From a candidate division FCPU426 bacterium (GTDB lineage: Bacteria > Oederibacteriota > Muellerivitia > Muellerivitales > Muellerivitaceae), in NCBI GenBank assembly GCA_963771075.1, contig CAVYSE010000006.1, forward strand, positions 1-64,000: a stretch of 64,000 bases of DNA. Direction: 5' to 3'. The translations under genes were made by a program, and so were the position numbers. Positions 27,725 through 36,301 of the stretch are shown here, piece after piece; position 1 is the stretch's first letter; each line of letters begins with the position of its first letter. Below the pieces are notes generated by a model. That model was not told the origin of the DNA and did no database searches. It was given only the letters and a program-made list of their open reading frames with translations.

Positions 27725-28114
27725 ATGCCCCCCATCACCGACCGGACGCTCATCCTAAAAGCCAAAGCCCTCGCCCAACGGAAGCAAGCCTCGAATGATT
27801 TCCAATACGGCGACGTGGGTTGCGCCCTAGTGACCCAAAGCGGCCGCGTTTATCTCGGCTGCAGTATTGATACGGCCTGCAGCATGGGGTTTTGCGCGGA
27901 GCACAGCGCCATCGCCTCGATGCTGGCCCAAGGGGAAAGCCGGGTCCAGCGGATCGTAGCGGTGAAGTGGAATGGCCAAATCCTGCCGCCCTGCGGCCGC
28001 TGCCGGGAATTCATGTCCCAATTGAGCCGAAACCAGCCGGACATCGAAGTGATTTTGGGCCTCCGAAAGAAGGTGCCCTTGCGGAAACTTTTGCCCCACC
28101 GCTACGAGGGCTAG
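27725..28114 (+). CDS. cdd: Cytidine deaminase
   Basis: CAEHSAI and PPCGRCRE zinc motifs. Confidence 0.88.
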   Translation: MPPITDRTLILKAKALAQRKQASNDFQYGDVGCALVTQSGRVYLGCSIDTACSMGFCAEHSAIASMLAQGESRVQRIVAVKWNGQILPPCGRCREFMSQLSRNQPDIEVILGLRKKVPLRKLLPHRYEG

Positions 28115-28308
28115 GCTTCGCAAGCCGACCTTACATGCAACTGATATGGAGATTGGTATAGTACCGATTACCTTATTCGTTCTTAGAGGTCAAATCGGCG
28201 CAATGACAACTTGAAATCAAACTGAAACACTGCTGGATCACTACCTTCGTTGTCAGGTTACGACGCATTCGTTAAACTGAACCCGTAAACGAAATTCATC
28301 GAGGCCCC

Positions 28309-29610
28309 ATGAGGAAACCCTACCCAACCCATCGCTCCCTAAAGCTCTTTGAAACCGCCCAAAAACACCTAGTGGGCGGCGTGAACAGCCCGGTTAGGGC
28401 CTTCAAGGGCGTAGGGGGAACCCCACTTTTTTTCGTTCGTGGCAAGGGCCCCTATTTAATCGACGCGGATGGGAACCGCTATATTGATTTGGTTGGTTCT
28501 TGGGGCCCTCTCATCCTGGGTCATGCTCATTTAGGGGTTTTGAACCAGGTACAAAAGACCATGCGCAAGGGATTCACTTTTGGTGCCCCTTCGCCGTTGG
28601 AAGCGGAACTGGCGGTCAAGGTCAAGGATGCCTATCCCTCTATCGAGAAGATCCGGTTCGTATCCTCCGGGACCGAAGCAACTTTCAGCGCCATCCGCCT
28701 GGCTCGGGCGGTCACGAGACGAAATCGTATCCTCAAATTCGATGGTTGCTACCACGGTCATGGGGATTCTTTGCTGGTCGCCGCAGGAAGCGGCCCCGCC
28801 ACCCTGGGTTTGCCGGATAGCCCGGGAGTGCCCGGAGAGATCGCGTCTTTAACCTTAAGTGTGCCCTATAACGATCTGGATTCGGTGGCGATGGCTTTTG
28901 ATCAGTTCAAGGATATAGCCGCCGTCATCGTGGAACCGGTGGCTGGAAATATGGGTCTGGTACCTCCCGAACCCGGTTTTCTGGAAGGTTTGAGGGAAAT
29001 CACCCGTAAGAACGGGGCATTGCTGATTTTCGACGAAGTCATGTGCGGTTTTCGAGTGGCTTTGGGTGGGGCCCAGGAGCTTTACCCAATCAAGCCCGAC
29101 CTGACCACCCTGGGAAAGATCATCGGAGGCGGAATGCCGGTGGGGGCTTACGGGGGCCGGGAAGAGCTGATGAACCAAATTGCGCCCCTGGGTCCGGTTT
29201 ACCAGGCGGGAACCCTATCGGGCAATCCGGTGGCCATGGCAGCAGGTATCGCGACCCTGAAAGCACTCAAGAACGATCAGGTCTATCCCAAGCTGGAACA
29301 GGTCTCAGGTTTTGTTGAGGAAGGGATCAAGCGCGCCCTTCAGAAAACCAGTGTTGAAGGATGTTTCCAAAGGGTCGGAAGCATGGGAACACTTTTCTTT
29401 ACCGCCGGTCCCATTCGCAATTACAAAGACGCGAAAAGGAGCGATACAGCCCGGTTCGCCAAGTTTTTCTGGGGCATGGCCCGCCGGGGCGTCTACTTGC
29501 CGCCCTCTCAATTTGAATGTTGGTTCTTCTCGGACGCCTTAACGATGGATCTCGCCAAGAAAATTGTGAAATCGGTTGGAGAAAGTTTGGAGGAAACCGC
29601 CAAAAATTGA
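28309..29610 (+). CDS. hemL: Glutamate-1-semialdehyde 2,1-aminomutase
   Basis: GGVNSPVRAF, GCYHGH, GKIIGGGMPVGAYGG, YQAGTLSGNP. Confidence 0.98.
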   Translation: MRKPYPTHRSLKLFETAQKHLVGGVNSPVRAFKGVGGTPLFFVRGKGPYLIDADGNRYIDLVGSWGPLILGHAHLGVLNQVQKTMRKGFTFGAPSPLEAELAVKVKDAYPSIEKIRFVSSGTEATFSAIRLARAVTRRNRILKFDGCYHGHGDSLLVAAGSGPATLGLPDSPGVPGEIASLTLSVPYNDLDSVAMAFDQFKDIAAVIVEPVAGNMGLVPPEPGFLEGLREITRKNGALLIFDEVMCGFRVALGGAQELYPIKPDLTTLGKIIGGGMPVGAYGGREELMNQIAPLGPVYQAGTLSGNPVAMAAGIATLKALKNDQVYPKLEQVSGFVEEGIKRALQKTSVEGCFQRVGSMGTLFFTAGPIRNYKDAKRSDTARFAKFFWGMARRGVYLPPSQFECWFFSDALTMDLAKKIVKSVGESLEETAKN

Positions 29611-29641
29611 TAAACTTTCAGGTGAAACTGGGAGGTGAAAC

Positions 29642-30277
29642 TTGAATCATTTCATGAAGATTAACCGGTTTTTCACTCTGTCCTTGGTTTTCGGATTAGC
29701 GTTTTTCGCCTTTCAAAAGGCTTTCGGTGACATTGAGATCGACCTAGGCGATTCCAAAAGCGCTCCTGCCCCCTCAAAGTTGGCCTCGCCCACGCCAGCG
29801 CCTATTTCCATGTCGAACACCTCTCAAACTGTTCCCCCAAGCACCAAGACACCCATGATTGGAGCTGCGATGAGGGGAGAAAATACTCCCACAAACCAAG
29901 GAACACCTAACTCCATTGATTCCTCCCCCGCGGGAAATGGCCAGCCTTCTATTACCCCTACACCGGTGGTTCAGGTCATTCAGGGAGTCCTTAAGGCCAA
30001 GGATATCTACGAAGCTGGAATTAAGGCTTACAAAGAGAAAGATTATGACACAGCCATCCGTTATCTGAAAAACGCGGTTATCAAGAGCGATCCTTACACG
30101 CCCAAATACATTTATGCCGAGGCCTACGCTACTCTGGGCGTTATTTACCAATTTTATTTCCCGGTGGAGGGCCATCTCCAGACCGCGAGGGAGTATTACA
30201 AGCATGCCCTCCGGTATGAGTCGACGAATCCCACGGCATTGAAGTACCTGAAAAAGCTGAAGACAGAAACCCAATAA
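29642..30277 (+). CDS. Secreted protein with Pro/Thr linker and C-terminal TPR-like domain
   Basis: GGAGGTG RBS; signal peptide; YEAGIKAYKEKDYDTAI. Confidence 0.8.
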   Translation: MNHFMKINRFFTLSLVFGLAFFAFQKAFGDIEIDLGDSKSAPAPSKLASPTPAPISMSNTSQTVPPSTKTPMIGAAMRGENTPTNQGTPNSIDSSPAGNGQPSITPTPVVQVIQGVLKAKDIYEAGIKAYKEKDYDTAIRYLKNAVIKSDPYTPKYIYAEAYATLGVIYQFYFPVEGHLQTAREYYKHALRYESTNPTALKYLKKLKTETQ

Positions 30278-30312
30278 GCGAACAGTCGAAAAATAGCGAA
30301 CAAAAAAAAGGA

Positions 30313-31422
30313 ATGGACTTGAAAGTACTACACATCGCCTTCGCCACTTTGATCCTATCACTGGGCGCTTCGGTGACATGGGGCTCGGAGGATTTGGACC
30401 CCCTTTCAATTTCCCTTTTCGCGCTTTACGGGACTCCCGTGCAACCCACCTCCTTGGGCTTCAGCAATTACGATGGGTTGGGGTGGGATTTTTTGGCTGA
30501 ATACCACCCGACCCGTTACGCTTCGTTGGGGCTTGGTTACGAGACCGCGACTTTCTACGGCACACCCAACCTGACCGCCGGCACCCTGAATTTGGAAGGA
30601 AGGTTTTTTCCCATGGCCGGTTGGAGGCTACCCTATGACCCCTACGTGGTGGGGGAAGCGGGTTTGAATTTATCCTCCGCCACGTCCACCCAGTGGGGAG
30701 GCGCCTACGCCTTGAAAGCGGGCTTGGGCACCCAAGTGGCTTTTGTGGGCCCGTTATCGCTGGATTTCGCCATTGAGAGCCATTGGATGGGGAATTCGCC
30801 TAACTTTTTTCAGTATGTGGACTTCCGCATGGGCCTTGATTTCGCGCTTCCCATGAAAAATCCCCAGACTCCAACCCCAACAGCAGCCCCCACCGCCGCG
30901 GCCAAACTGATGATCAGTCCCACCCCCAGCGAACAAGTCACGCAGGTCATAACCCCCTTGTACATGACCACCCCGACCAACACTCCGACCCCGGTGTTTA
31001 CCGACACGCCTACACCCCAACCGGTCATTCAGGACATCCCTGGTTCGCGGATGAAAAAGTATTATTCCATCGGAACGAAGGCTTTCGCAGCGGGGAATTA
31101 TAAAAAGGCCCTCGTGAACCTGAAGAAGGCGGTCGCCATCAAGGAAAGTGTTAAGTATTACTATTACGCCGAATCCTACGCTACCATCGCGGTCATCTAC
31201 CAGTTCCATAGTACTGTGAGGGGCCATTTGAGATTGGCTCTTGAAAATTACAAGAAGGCCGCGAAGATCGACCCGGATACGATGGCGGTGAAACTGTATT
31301 ACAAGAAGTTGAAAGACAAACTTTCACAATCCTCTTCCACCACGCCTGTGGAAAACGGAATAGCCGCCACGGCGTCCCCAGCTGGTTCCAACCTGTCGAT
31401 AAACCCTATCCCGGCGCCCTAA
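30313..31422 (+). CDS. Small outer-membrane beta-barrel + Pro/Thr linker + TPR-like domain
   Basis: Signal peptide; OmpA/OmpW-like strands (PYVVGEAG); TPR region paralogous to the upstream gene. Confidence 0.75.
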   Translation: MDLKVLHIAFATLILSLGASVTWGSEDLDPLSISLFALYGTPVQPTSLGFSNYDGLGWDFLAEYHPTRYASLGLGYETATFYGTPNLTAGTLNLEGRFFPMAGWRLPYDPYVVGEAGLNLSSATSTQWGGAYALKAGLGTQVAFVGPLSLDFAIESHWMGNSPNFFQYVDFRMGLDFALPMKNPQTPTPTAAPTAAAKLMISPTPSEQVTQVITPLYMTTPTNTPTPVFTDTPTPQPVIQDIPGSRMKKYYSIGTKAFAAGNYKKALVNLKKAVAIKESVKYYYYAESYATIAVIYQFHSTVRGHLRLALENYKKAAKIDPDTMAVKLYYKKLKDKLSQSSSTTPVENGIAATASPAGSNLSINPIPAP

Positions 31423-31482
31423 TCATTCAGAAAAGTTTCAAGCCCGCCGGATCCGATTGAGTCGGGAACGAATTTTTCGGGT

Positions 31483-32265
31483 TCAGTTCACGAATTGTCG
31501 GATTCGCTCGATCTTTGTGGCTTTGCCATTCTCCGGGTCCACCGATATAACGACCGCCTGGAAGAGATAGGGAAGCTCCTCTGAAACCTCGAATCGGGCC
31601 GGGGCGCCGCTCAAAAACCTTTGCAGGATCGGCTCGGGTTTCATGCCAATCAATGATTTGGAGGAACCCGTCATTCCGATATCCGTCAAATAGGCCGTTC
31701 CACCGGGCAAAATCTCCTCGTCCGCGGTCATAACGTGGGTGTGAGTGCCGGTGACGGAGGAAACACGGCCGTCCAGGTAAAAACCCATGGCCCTCTTTTC
31801 GCTGGTGGCTTCGCAGTGCATATCCACCAAAACCACCTTGGCTTTTCCCTTAACCTGTTCCAGAGCCCGATCGGCGCACTTGAAGGGACAATCGATGGCG
31901 TACATGTAAACCCGTCCCATAAGGTTCAAAACCGCCACGGGGATTCCCTTGCAGTCGAAGATGCCCAAACCCGAACCTGGGTTTTCCGATGGATAGTTGT
32001 GCGGTCTCAGGAGGCGCGGGTCCTTGCCCAAAATTTCCTTCACCTCTTTTTTTGAAAATATATGATTGCCTGAGGTGATTACGTCGATTCCCATATCGAC
32101 CATTTGCTTGAAGGAGTCGGGTTGGATGCCGGTACCGTTGGCGATGTTTTCCCCATTCGCCACTATGAAATCAATGGAGTAATCCGCTTTCATGCGGGAG
32201 AGACTGTTATGGACGGCATGTCGGCCGGGTTTTCCGACAACGTCGCCAATCATGAGGATGTTCAT
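31483..32265 (-). CDS. ymdB: TIGR00282/YmdB-family metallophosphoesterase
   Basis: IGDVVGKPG, ANGEN, TSGNH, DMHCEATSEK, GTHTHV. Confidence 0.95.
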   Translation of the reverse strand: MNILMIGDVVGKPGRHAVHNSLSRMKADYSIDFIVANGENIANGTGIQPDSFKQMVDMGIDVITSGNHIFSKKEVKEILGKDPRLLRPHNYPSENPGSGLGIFDCKGIPVAVLNLMGRVYMYAIDCPFKCADRALEQVKGKAKVVLVDMHCEATSEKRAMGFYLDGRVSSVTGTHTHVMTADEEILPGGTAYLTDIGMTGSSKSLIGMKPEPILQRFLSGAPARFEVSEELPYLFQAVVISVDPENGKATKIERIRQFVN

Positions 32266-32429
32266 GGGAAAGCCTTTCTGGCATGGAATTGCCCAAAGAG
32301 TAATCAAAAGAGCCGGGAAAGGCAATTGGATGGCAAAAGAAAACATTCACCGCGACGACGTGAATAAAGGAAAAAAACCTAAAATTCATTCTGAAACACT
32401 AAGAAGTGAAGAACTTTGAAAAGTAAATT

Positions 32430-33481
32430 GCTGAATTCAACCAGTAAGTGCAACACCTAGGCGAAAGACTTGCTCCGGCGTTTTGAAGCCAAGACACTTG
32501 CGGGGACGACCATTGAGAATCCGTTCCACGCGCCTGACTTGAGCTGGGGTTATGTTAGCAAAATCGGTTTTCTTCGGATAGAAGCGTCGAATCAAACCGT
32601 TGGTGTTTTCCACGGTGCCTTTTTCCCAACTGTGGAATGGCAGGCAGAAGAAAGACCTAGTGCCCAAAACGGCATTGACCTGGAGGTGTTCGACGTTCTC
32701 CGAGCCGTTGTCATAGGTGATGGTCCTGCGGAGTCCCTTGGAAAATTGACCGAGGCGACGATTGATAGCCATACGGGTATTTGACGCGGATTTCTGGGGC
32801 AGCCAAGCAAGTTTTACCAGTCGGCTCTTTCTTTCGACCATGACCAAGATAGAAGCTTTGCTCTGCCTGGAAATGATAGTGTCCATCTCCCAGTGGCCGT
32901 ATTGGTCCCGTGCCTTGACGATGGCAGGGCGTTGGGTGATTGAAACGCGTTGTGGGATATGGCTTTTGCGGTGATTGTGGGAATGCCATTGCCGAAGTCG
33001 TTTTCGATGGGAGCGAGCCAAGAAGGGAATGAGATGCCGAGCTTTGCTATAGATGAACTGGTAGACGGCCTCGTGGGAAATGGAGATTTTGGATTTCTCC
33101 TGGTGAAGTTGACCGGCGATTTGTTCGGGTGAAAGACCTTGCCGAAGTTTACGCAAGACATACCGGCGCAGTTCGGGTTTCTTGAGCCGAAAGTGAGTTC
33201 GAGAGATCTGGTTGCGCAAGATGGCCCGATCGTGAGCCCTGGCAGGAAGATACCGGCCGGGACGTAAGGGAGGGGCGTTGCGCTTCAACTCTCGGGAAAC
33301 GCTGGAAACATCACGGCCAAGGCGTTTGGCGATTTTTCGCAGGGAAAGGCCTTGAGCCTTCCAAATAGAGATTTTTTCACGTTCGGCTAACAATAGATGC
33401 CTGTAGGATTGTTTCATGAAACTTAGGATAACCCCCGGGTTCTGCCGGGCCTAAGTGTTGCACTTCGTTATTGAACTGGGG
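32430..33481 (-). mobile_element. IS30-family insertion sequence
   Basis: Imperfect inverted repeats TTCAAccagtAAGTGCAACAC (32436-32456) and GTGTTGCACTTcgttaTTGAA (33455-33475); ATT on both flanks (32427-29, 33482-84) as probable target duplication. Confidence 0.9.
32437..33417 (-). CDS. IS30-family DDE transposase
   Basis: HTH (SLRKIAKRLGRDVSSVSRELKRN), SPEQIAG, GHWEMD, TYDNGSE, WEKGTVENTNGLIRRFYPK. Confidence 0.97.
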   Translation of the reverse strand: MKQSYRHLLLAEREKISIWKAQGLSLRKIAKRLGRDVSSVSRELKRNAPPLRPGRYLPARAHDRAILRNQISRTHFRLKKPELRRYVLRKLRQGLSPEQIAGQLHQEKSKISISHEAVYQFIYSKARHLIPFLARSHRKRLRQWHSHNHRKSHIPQRVSITQRPAIVKARDQYGHWEMDTIISRQSKASILVMVERKSRLVKLAWLPQKSASNTRMAINRRLGQFSKGLRRTITYDNGSENVEHLQVNAVLGTRSFFCLPFHSWEKGTVENTNGLIRRFYPKKTDFANITPAQVRRVERILNGRPRKCLGFKTPEQVFRLGVALTG

Positions 33482-33553
33482 ATTAACGGAATTAACTTAA
33501 AAATTCTTTTGGTTTTCTTCGCGTCTTCTCGGCGAATTGATTTTTTTTGGCCG

Positions 33554-34162
33554 TTATTTGCCACAAGGATGGTAGCCGGTTTCGCAAAGAACCGCCTTGA
33601 CCGGGATATCGTGGGGACCGGCAGGCACCTGCTCCACGAGTTGGAATGCGTACCCCAGGCCCACCACCAGGCATGATTTTTTCAATCGGGGAATGACCCT
33701 GTCGTAAAAACCCTTGCCGAAACCCAATCGGTTTCCGTTACGGTCAAAGGCGAGGCCGGGGGCCAACACCAGTTCCAAATCATTCCAGTCGGCCGCCTTG
33801 GTCGACGTCGGTTCCAGGATGCCGAATGGACCGGGCTTCAAATTCTTCAGGTCCGTGACCAGGTGAAACTCAAAATGAGCCATGTCCTTGGTGACCTTAG
33901 GAAGATAAAGCTTTTTTCCGGAAGAAAGGGTGCCTTCCAATATGGGATAGGTGTTGATCTCATGGGGTATGGAGGCGAAAGCGCCTATTCCCTTGGCTTT
34001 TAGGTATTCGGGCCTGGCCTTCAGGATGTTCCAAACCCCCTGGGAGGCGGTTTCGGCGAGGCCTGAATCAACCGAATCCCGAATTAATTTCAGCTTTTCC
34101 CTCAATTCGTTTTTGGAATCTTTTGGTGTTTCCATGGGGGTCAAGGGGTCCTTATTCGCCAT
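33554..34162 (-). CDS. 5-formyltetrahydrofolate cyclo-ligase
   Basis: K.ELREK, GPFGILEP, PGLAFDRNGNRLGFGKGFYDR, HDIPV. Confidence 0.95.
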   Translation of the reverse strand: MANKDPLTPMETPKDSKNELREKLKLIRDSVDSGLAETASQGVWNILKARPEYLKAKGIGAFASIPHEINTYPILEGTLSSGKKLYLPKVTKDMAHFEFHLVTDLKNLKPGPFGILEPTSTKAADWNDLELVLAPGLAFDRNGNRLGFGKGFYDRVIPRLKKSCLVVGLGYAFQLVEQVPAGPHDIPVKAVLCETGYHPCGK

Positions 34163-35510
34163 GCGATTGTTCCTTTTTCCTGGAGGCTTCGGTTGATGCC
34201 TGGGCCAATTCCTTCAGGTGCTCCATCCAGGCCTTAATCTTAGCCTCATACCCCAAATGGGTGGGAATGTAATATTGGGGAAGGTTGGGAGCGTATTCCT
34301 GACCCACGTAATGGTCCTGAAAATTGTGGGCGTACTGGTATCCGACCCCCTTGCCCAAGGCCTTCATGCCGGGGTGGGGCGCGTTGCGCAAATGATCAGG
34401 CACCTCTTTGGCGGTTTCTTTCTTCACATCCTCTGTCGCGTTTTCCAAGCCCATGTAGGATGCGTTGCTCTTGGGCGCGGTCGCCAAGTAAACCGTGGCT
34501 TGGGCAAGGGGAATGCGCCCCTCCGGCAAGCCAAGGAATTCAAAAGCCTGCTGGGCGGCGGAAGCGACCAACAAGGCCTGGGGATCGGCGTTGCCCACGT
34601 CCTCGGAGGCTGAAATCACGAGCCGACGGGCTATAAAACGCGGGTCTTCCCCCGCATACAGCATTTTGGCGAGCCAGTAGAGGGCGGCGTCCGGGTCCGA
34701 TCCCCGGATGCTCTTGATGAAGGCGGAGATGGTGTCGTAATGACCGTCACCGGTGGAATCATAACGGATCATGCGTTTCTGAATGGATTCCTGGGCCACT
34801 TCCAAAGTGAAGTCGATGGTCCCATCCTTTTCGGGAGGGGTGGTGAGGACACCGACTTCCAAGGCATTCAAAAGGGTCCGGGCATCCCCGCCGCAAGCCT
34901 TGAGCAGGTGGTCCGCCGCCTTGGGTGAAAGCTGGACAGGAGTTTGTCCCAGGCCCCTTTCCATATCCCTAAGGGCTCGTTCCATTATGAGGCGCAGATG
35001 TTTTTCCTCGAGAGGTTTTAACTCGCATACTCTTGAGCGGGAAAGGAGGGCGTTATTAAGGGCAAAGAACGGGTTTTGGGTGGTCGCTCCCACCAAAATC
35101 AGTGTGCCTTGTTCCAGGTGCGGAAGCAGGGCGTCCTGTTGGCTTTTGTTGAAATGGTGGATTTCATCAAGAAACAGGATGGTCGAGCGCTGGTAGAGTT
35201 TTTTGTTTTCCGTAGCCTCATCGAACACCTTGCGGAGGTCGGCGAGGCCTGAGGTCACGGCATTGAGGGCGGTAAATCGGCTCTTGGTACGCCTTGCGAC
35301 CAAACGGGCAAAGGCGGTCTTGCCGGTTCCAGGAGGGCCGTAAAGGATCAGGGATATGACCCGGTTGGATTCAAGTAGCCGACGCAAAAGTTTTCCCTCG
35401 CCCAGCAAATGTTCCTGGCCCATATATTCCTCGAGGCTTTTGGGGGACATGCGGATAGCGAGGGGGCGGACGGGGTCTTTTTCTTCCGGGATCGAATCGA
35501 ATAAATCCAT
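34152..35510 (-). CDS. rarA: Replication-associated recombination protein A
   Basis: PLAIRMSP, GPPGTGKT, DEIH, HYDTISAFIKSIRGSDPDAAL. Confidence 0.96.
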   Translation of the reverse strand: MDLFDSIPEEKDPVRPLAIRMSPKSLEEYMGQEHLLGEGKLLRRLLESNRVISLILYGPPGTGKTAFARLVARRTKSRFTALNAVTSGLADLRKVFDEATENKKLYQRSTILFLDEIHHFNKSQQDALLPHLEQGTLILVGATTQNPFFALNNALLSRSRVCELKPLEEKHLRLIMERALRDMERGLGQTPVQLSPKAADHLLKACGGDARTLLNALEVGVLTTPPEKDGTIDFTLEVAQESIQKRMIRYDSTGDGHYDTISAFIKSIRGSDPDAALYWLAKMLYAGEDPRFIARRLVISASEDVGNADPQALLVASAAQQAFEFLGLPEGRIPLAQATVYLATAPKSNASYMGLENATEDVKKETAKEVPDHLRNAPHPGMKALGKGVGYQYAHNFQDHYVGQEYAPNLPQYYIPTHLGYEAKIKAWMEHLKELAQASTEASRKKEQSHGE

Positions 35511-35576
35511 TGAGTTTTATCTTGCGCCGTTGAAGTGGGGTGGATTTGGATGGCTAAAATGGTGAAAAATAAAAAA

Positions 35577-35755
35577 GCCCCCGCCTGTGCCGGTTGAAAC
35601 AGTACTCTTTTGAGGCCTGACAAGAGTCAGGTGGGTTCCCGCCCGGACGGTTCAATCGCTTCCGAAGAAGACTATCCCCGGCAGGTGTATGGGAACCCGT
35701 TTTTTGTTTTGTGGCTCAAAATTTCCCATTCCAAGGTCGAACACCGCAGAAGGCC
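35577..35755 (-). ncRNA. ssrS: 6S RNA
   Basis: Minus strand reads GCCTTCTGCGGTGTTCG..TTGAGCC..GGGTTCCC...GGGAACCCACC..GGCCTCAA..CGGCACAGGCGGGGGC, a long rod with a central bubble followed by a T run. It lies in the zapA / 5-formyl-THF cyclo-ligase neighbourhood typical of ssrS. Confidence 0.88.
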
Positions 35756-35763
35756 TGAAGGCT

Positions 35764-35791
35764 ATTCTAGGACCCGCCCCATCGGTGTCAA
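35764..35791 (-). promoter_or_regulatory. Sigma70 promoter of 6S RNA
   Basis: TTGACA-16 bp-TAGAAT on the minus strand, just upstream of the RNA 5' end. Confidence 0.75.
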
Positions 35792-36010
35792 GTTGGCGAA
35801 ATCTTTAGTAATCGGGGAAGTGTCGGTGGGCCTTGACAAGTGTTCCGTTTTGTCTGTTCAACTCAAATTTGAATAGGGGCGAGCGGAAAGGTTCCAATCA
35901 ATTGTTGAGTATTGGGAAATCCTTCGGCACAATGCTTGGAATTCGAAGTTCCCGAATTGCCAAGAAGGTTGGAATGGGTTTTCGCGCAGTCATGTGGGGG
36001 AGGTAGGTTG

Positions 36011-36301
36011 ATGCCGGTTATGGTTAGAACATTCAATATACCCCGATGGATGGGGCCGTTTTTGATCCTGGCCGCCCTGGCCCTGATTCCGTTTGCCCTA
36101 GTGTTGGCTTTTTCCTTAGGGGCCCTGGCGGTGGGCCTATTGGCAGTGCGGACCCTTCTTCCGGGTTCGGCCAGGCCCGCGAGCGGGCGGGTCTTCCAAG
36201 GTCCGCCCAAAGCATCTTCCCAACGCCTCGACTCTTCCCACCATCCTGTTCGGGTATTGGACGCTGAATATGAGGTAAAGGAAACCCATGAAAAAGAATA
36301 G
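36011..36301 (+). CDS. Small membrane protein
   Basis: GGAGG RBS; long hydrophobic segment; C-terminal VLDAEYEV; overlaps the glgP start. Confidence 0.7.
   Translation: MPVMVRTFNIPRWMGPFLILAALALIPFALVLAFSLGALAVGLLAVRTLLPGSARPASGRVFQGPPKASSQRLDSSHHPVRVLDAEYEVKETHEKE

Noticed and set aside
35610..35876. 88-aa plus-strand ORF
   Set aside because: Overlaps the 6S RNA and its promoter on the opposite strand.
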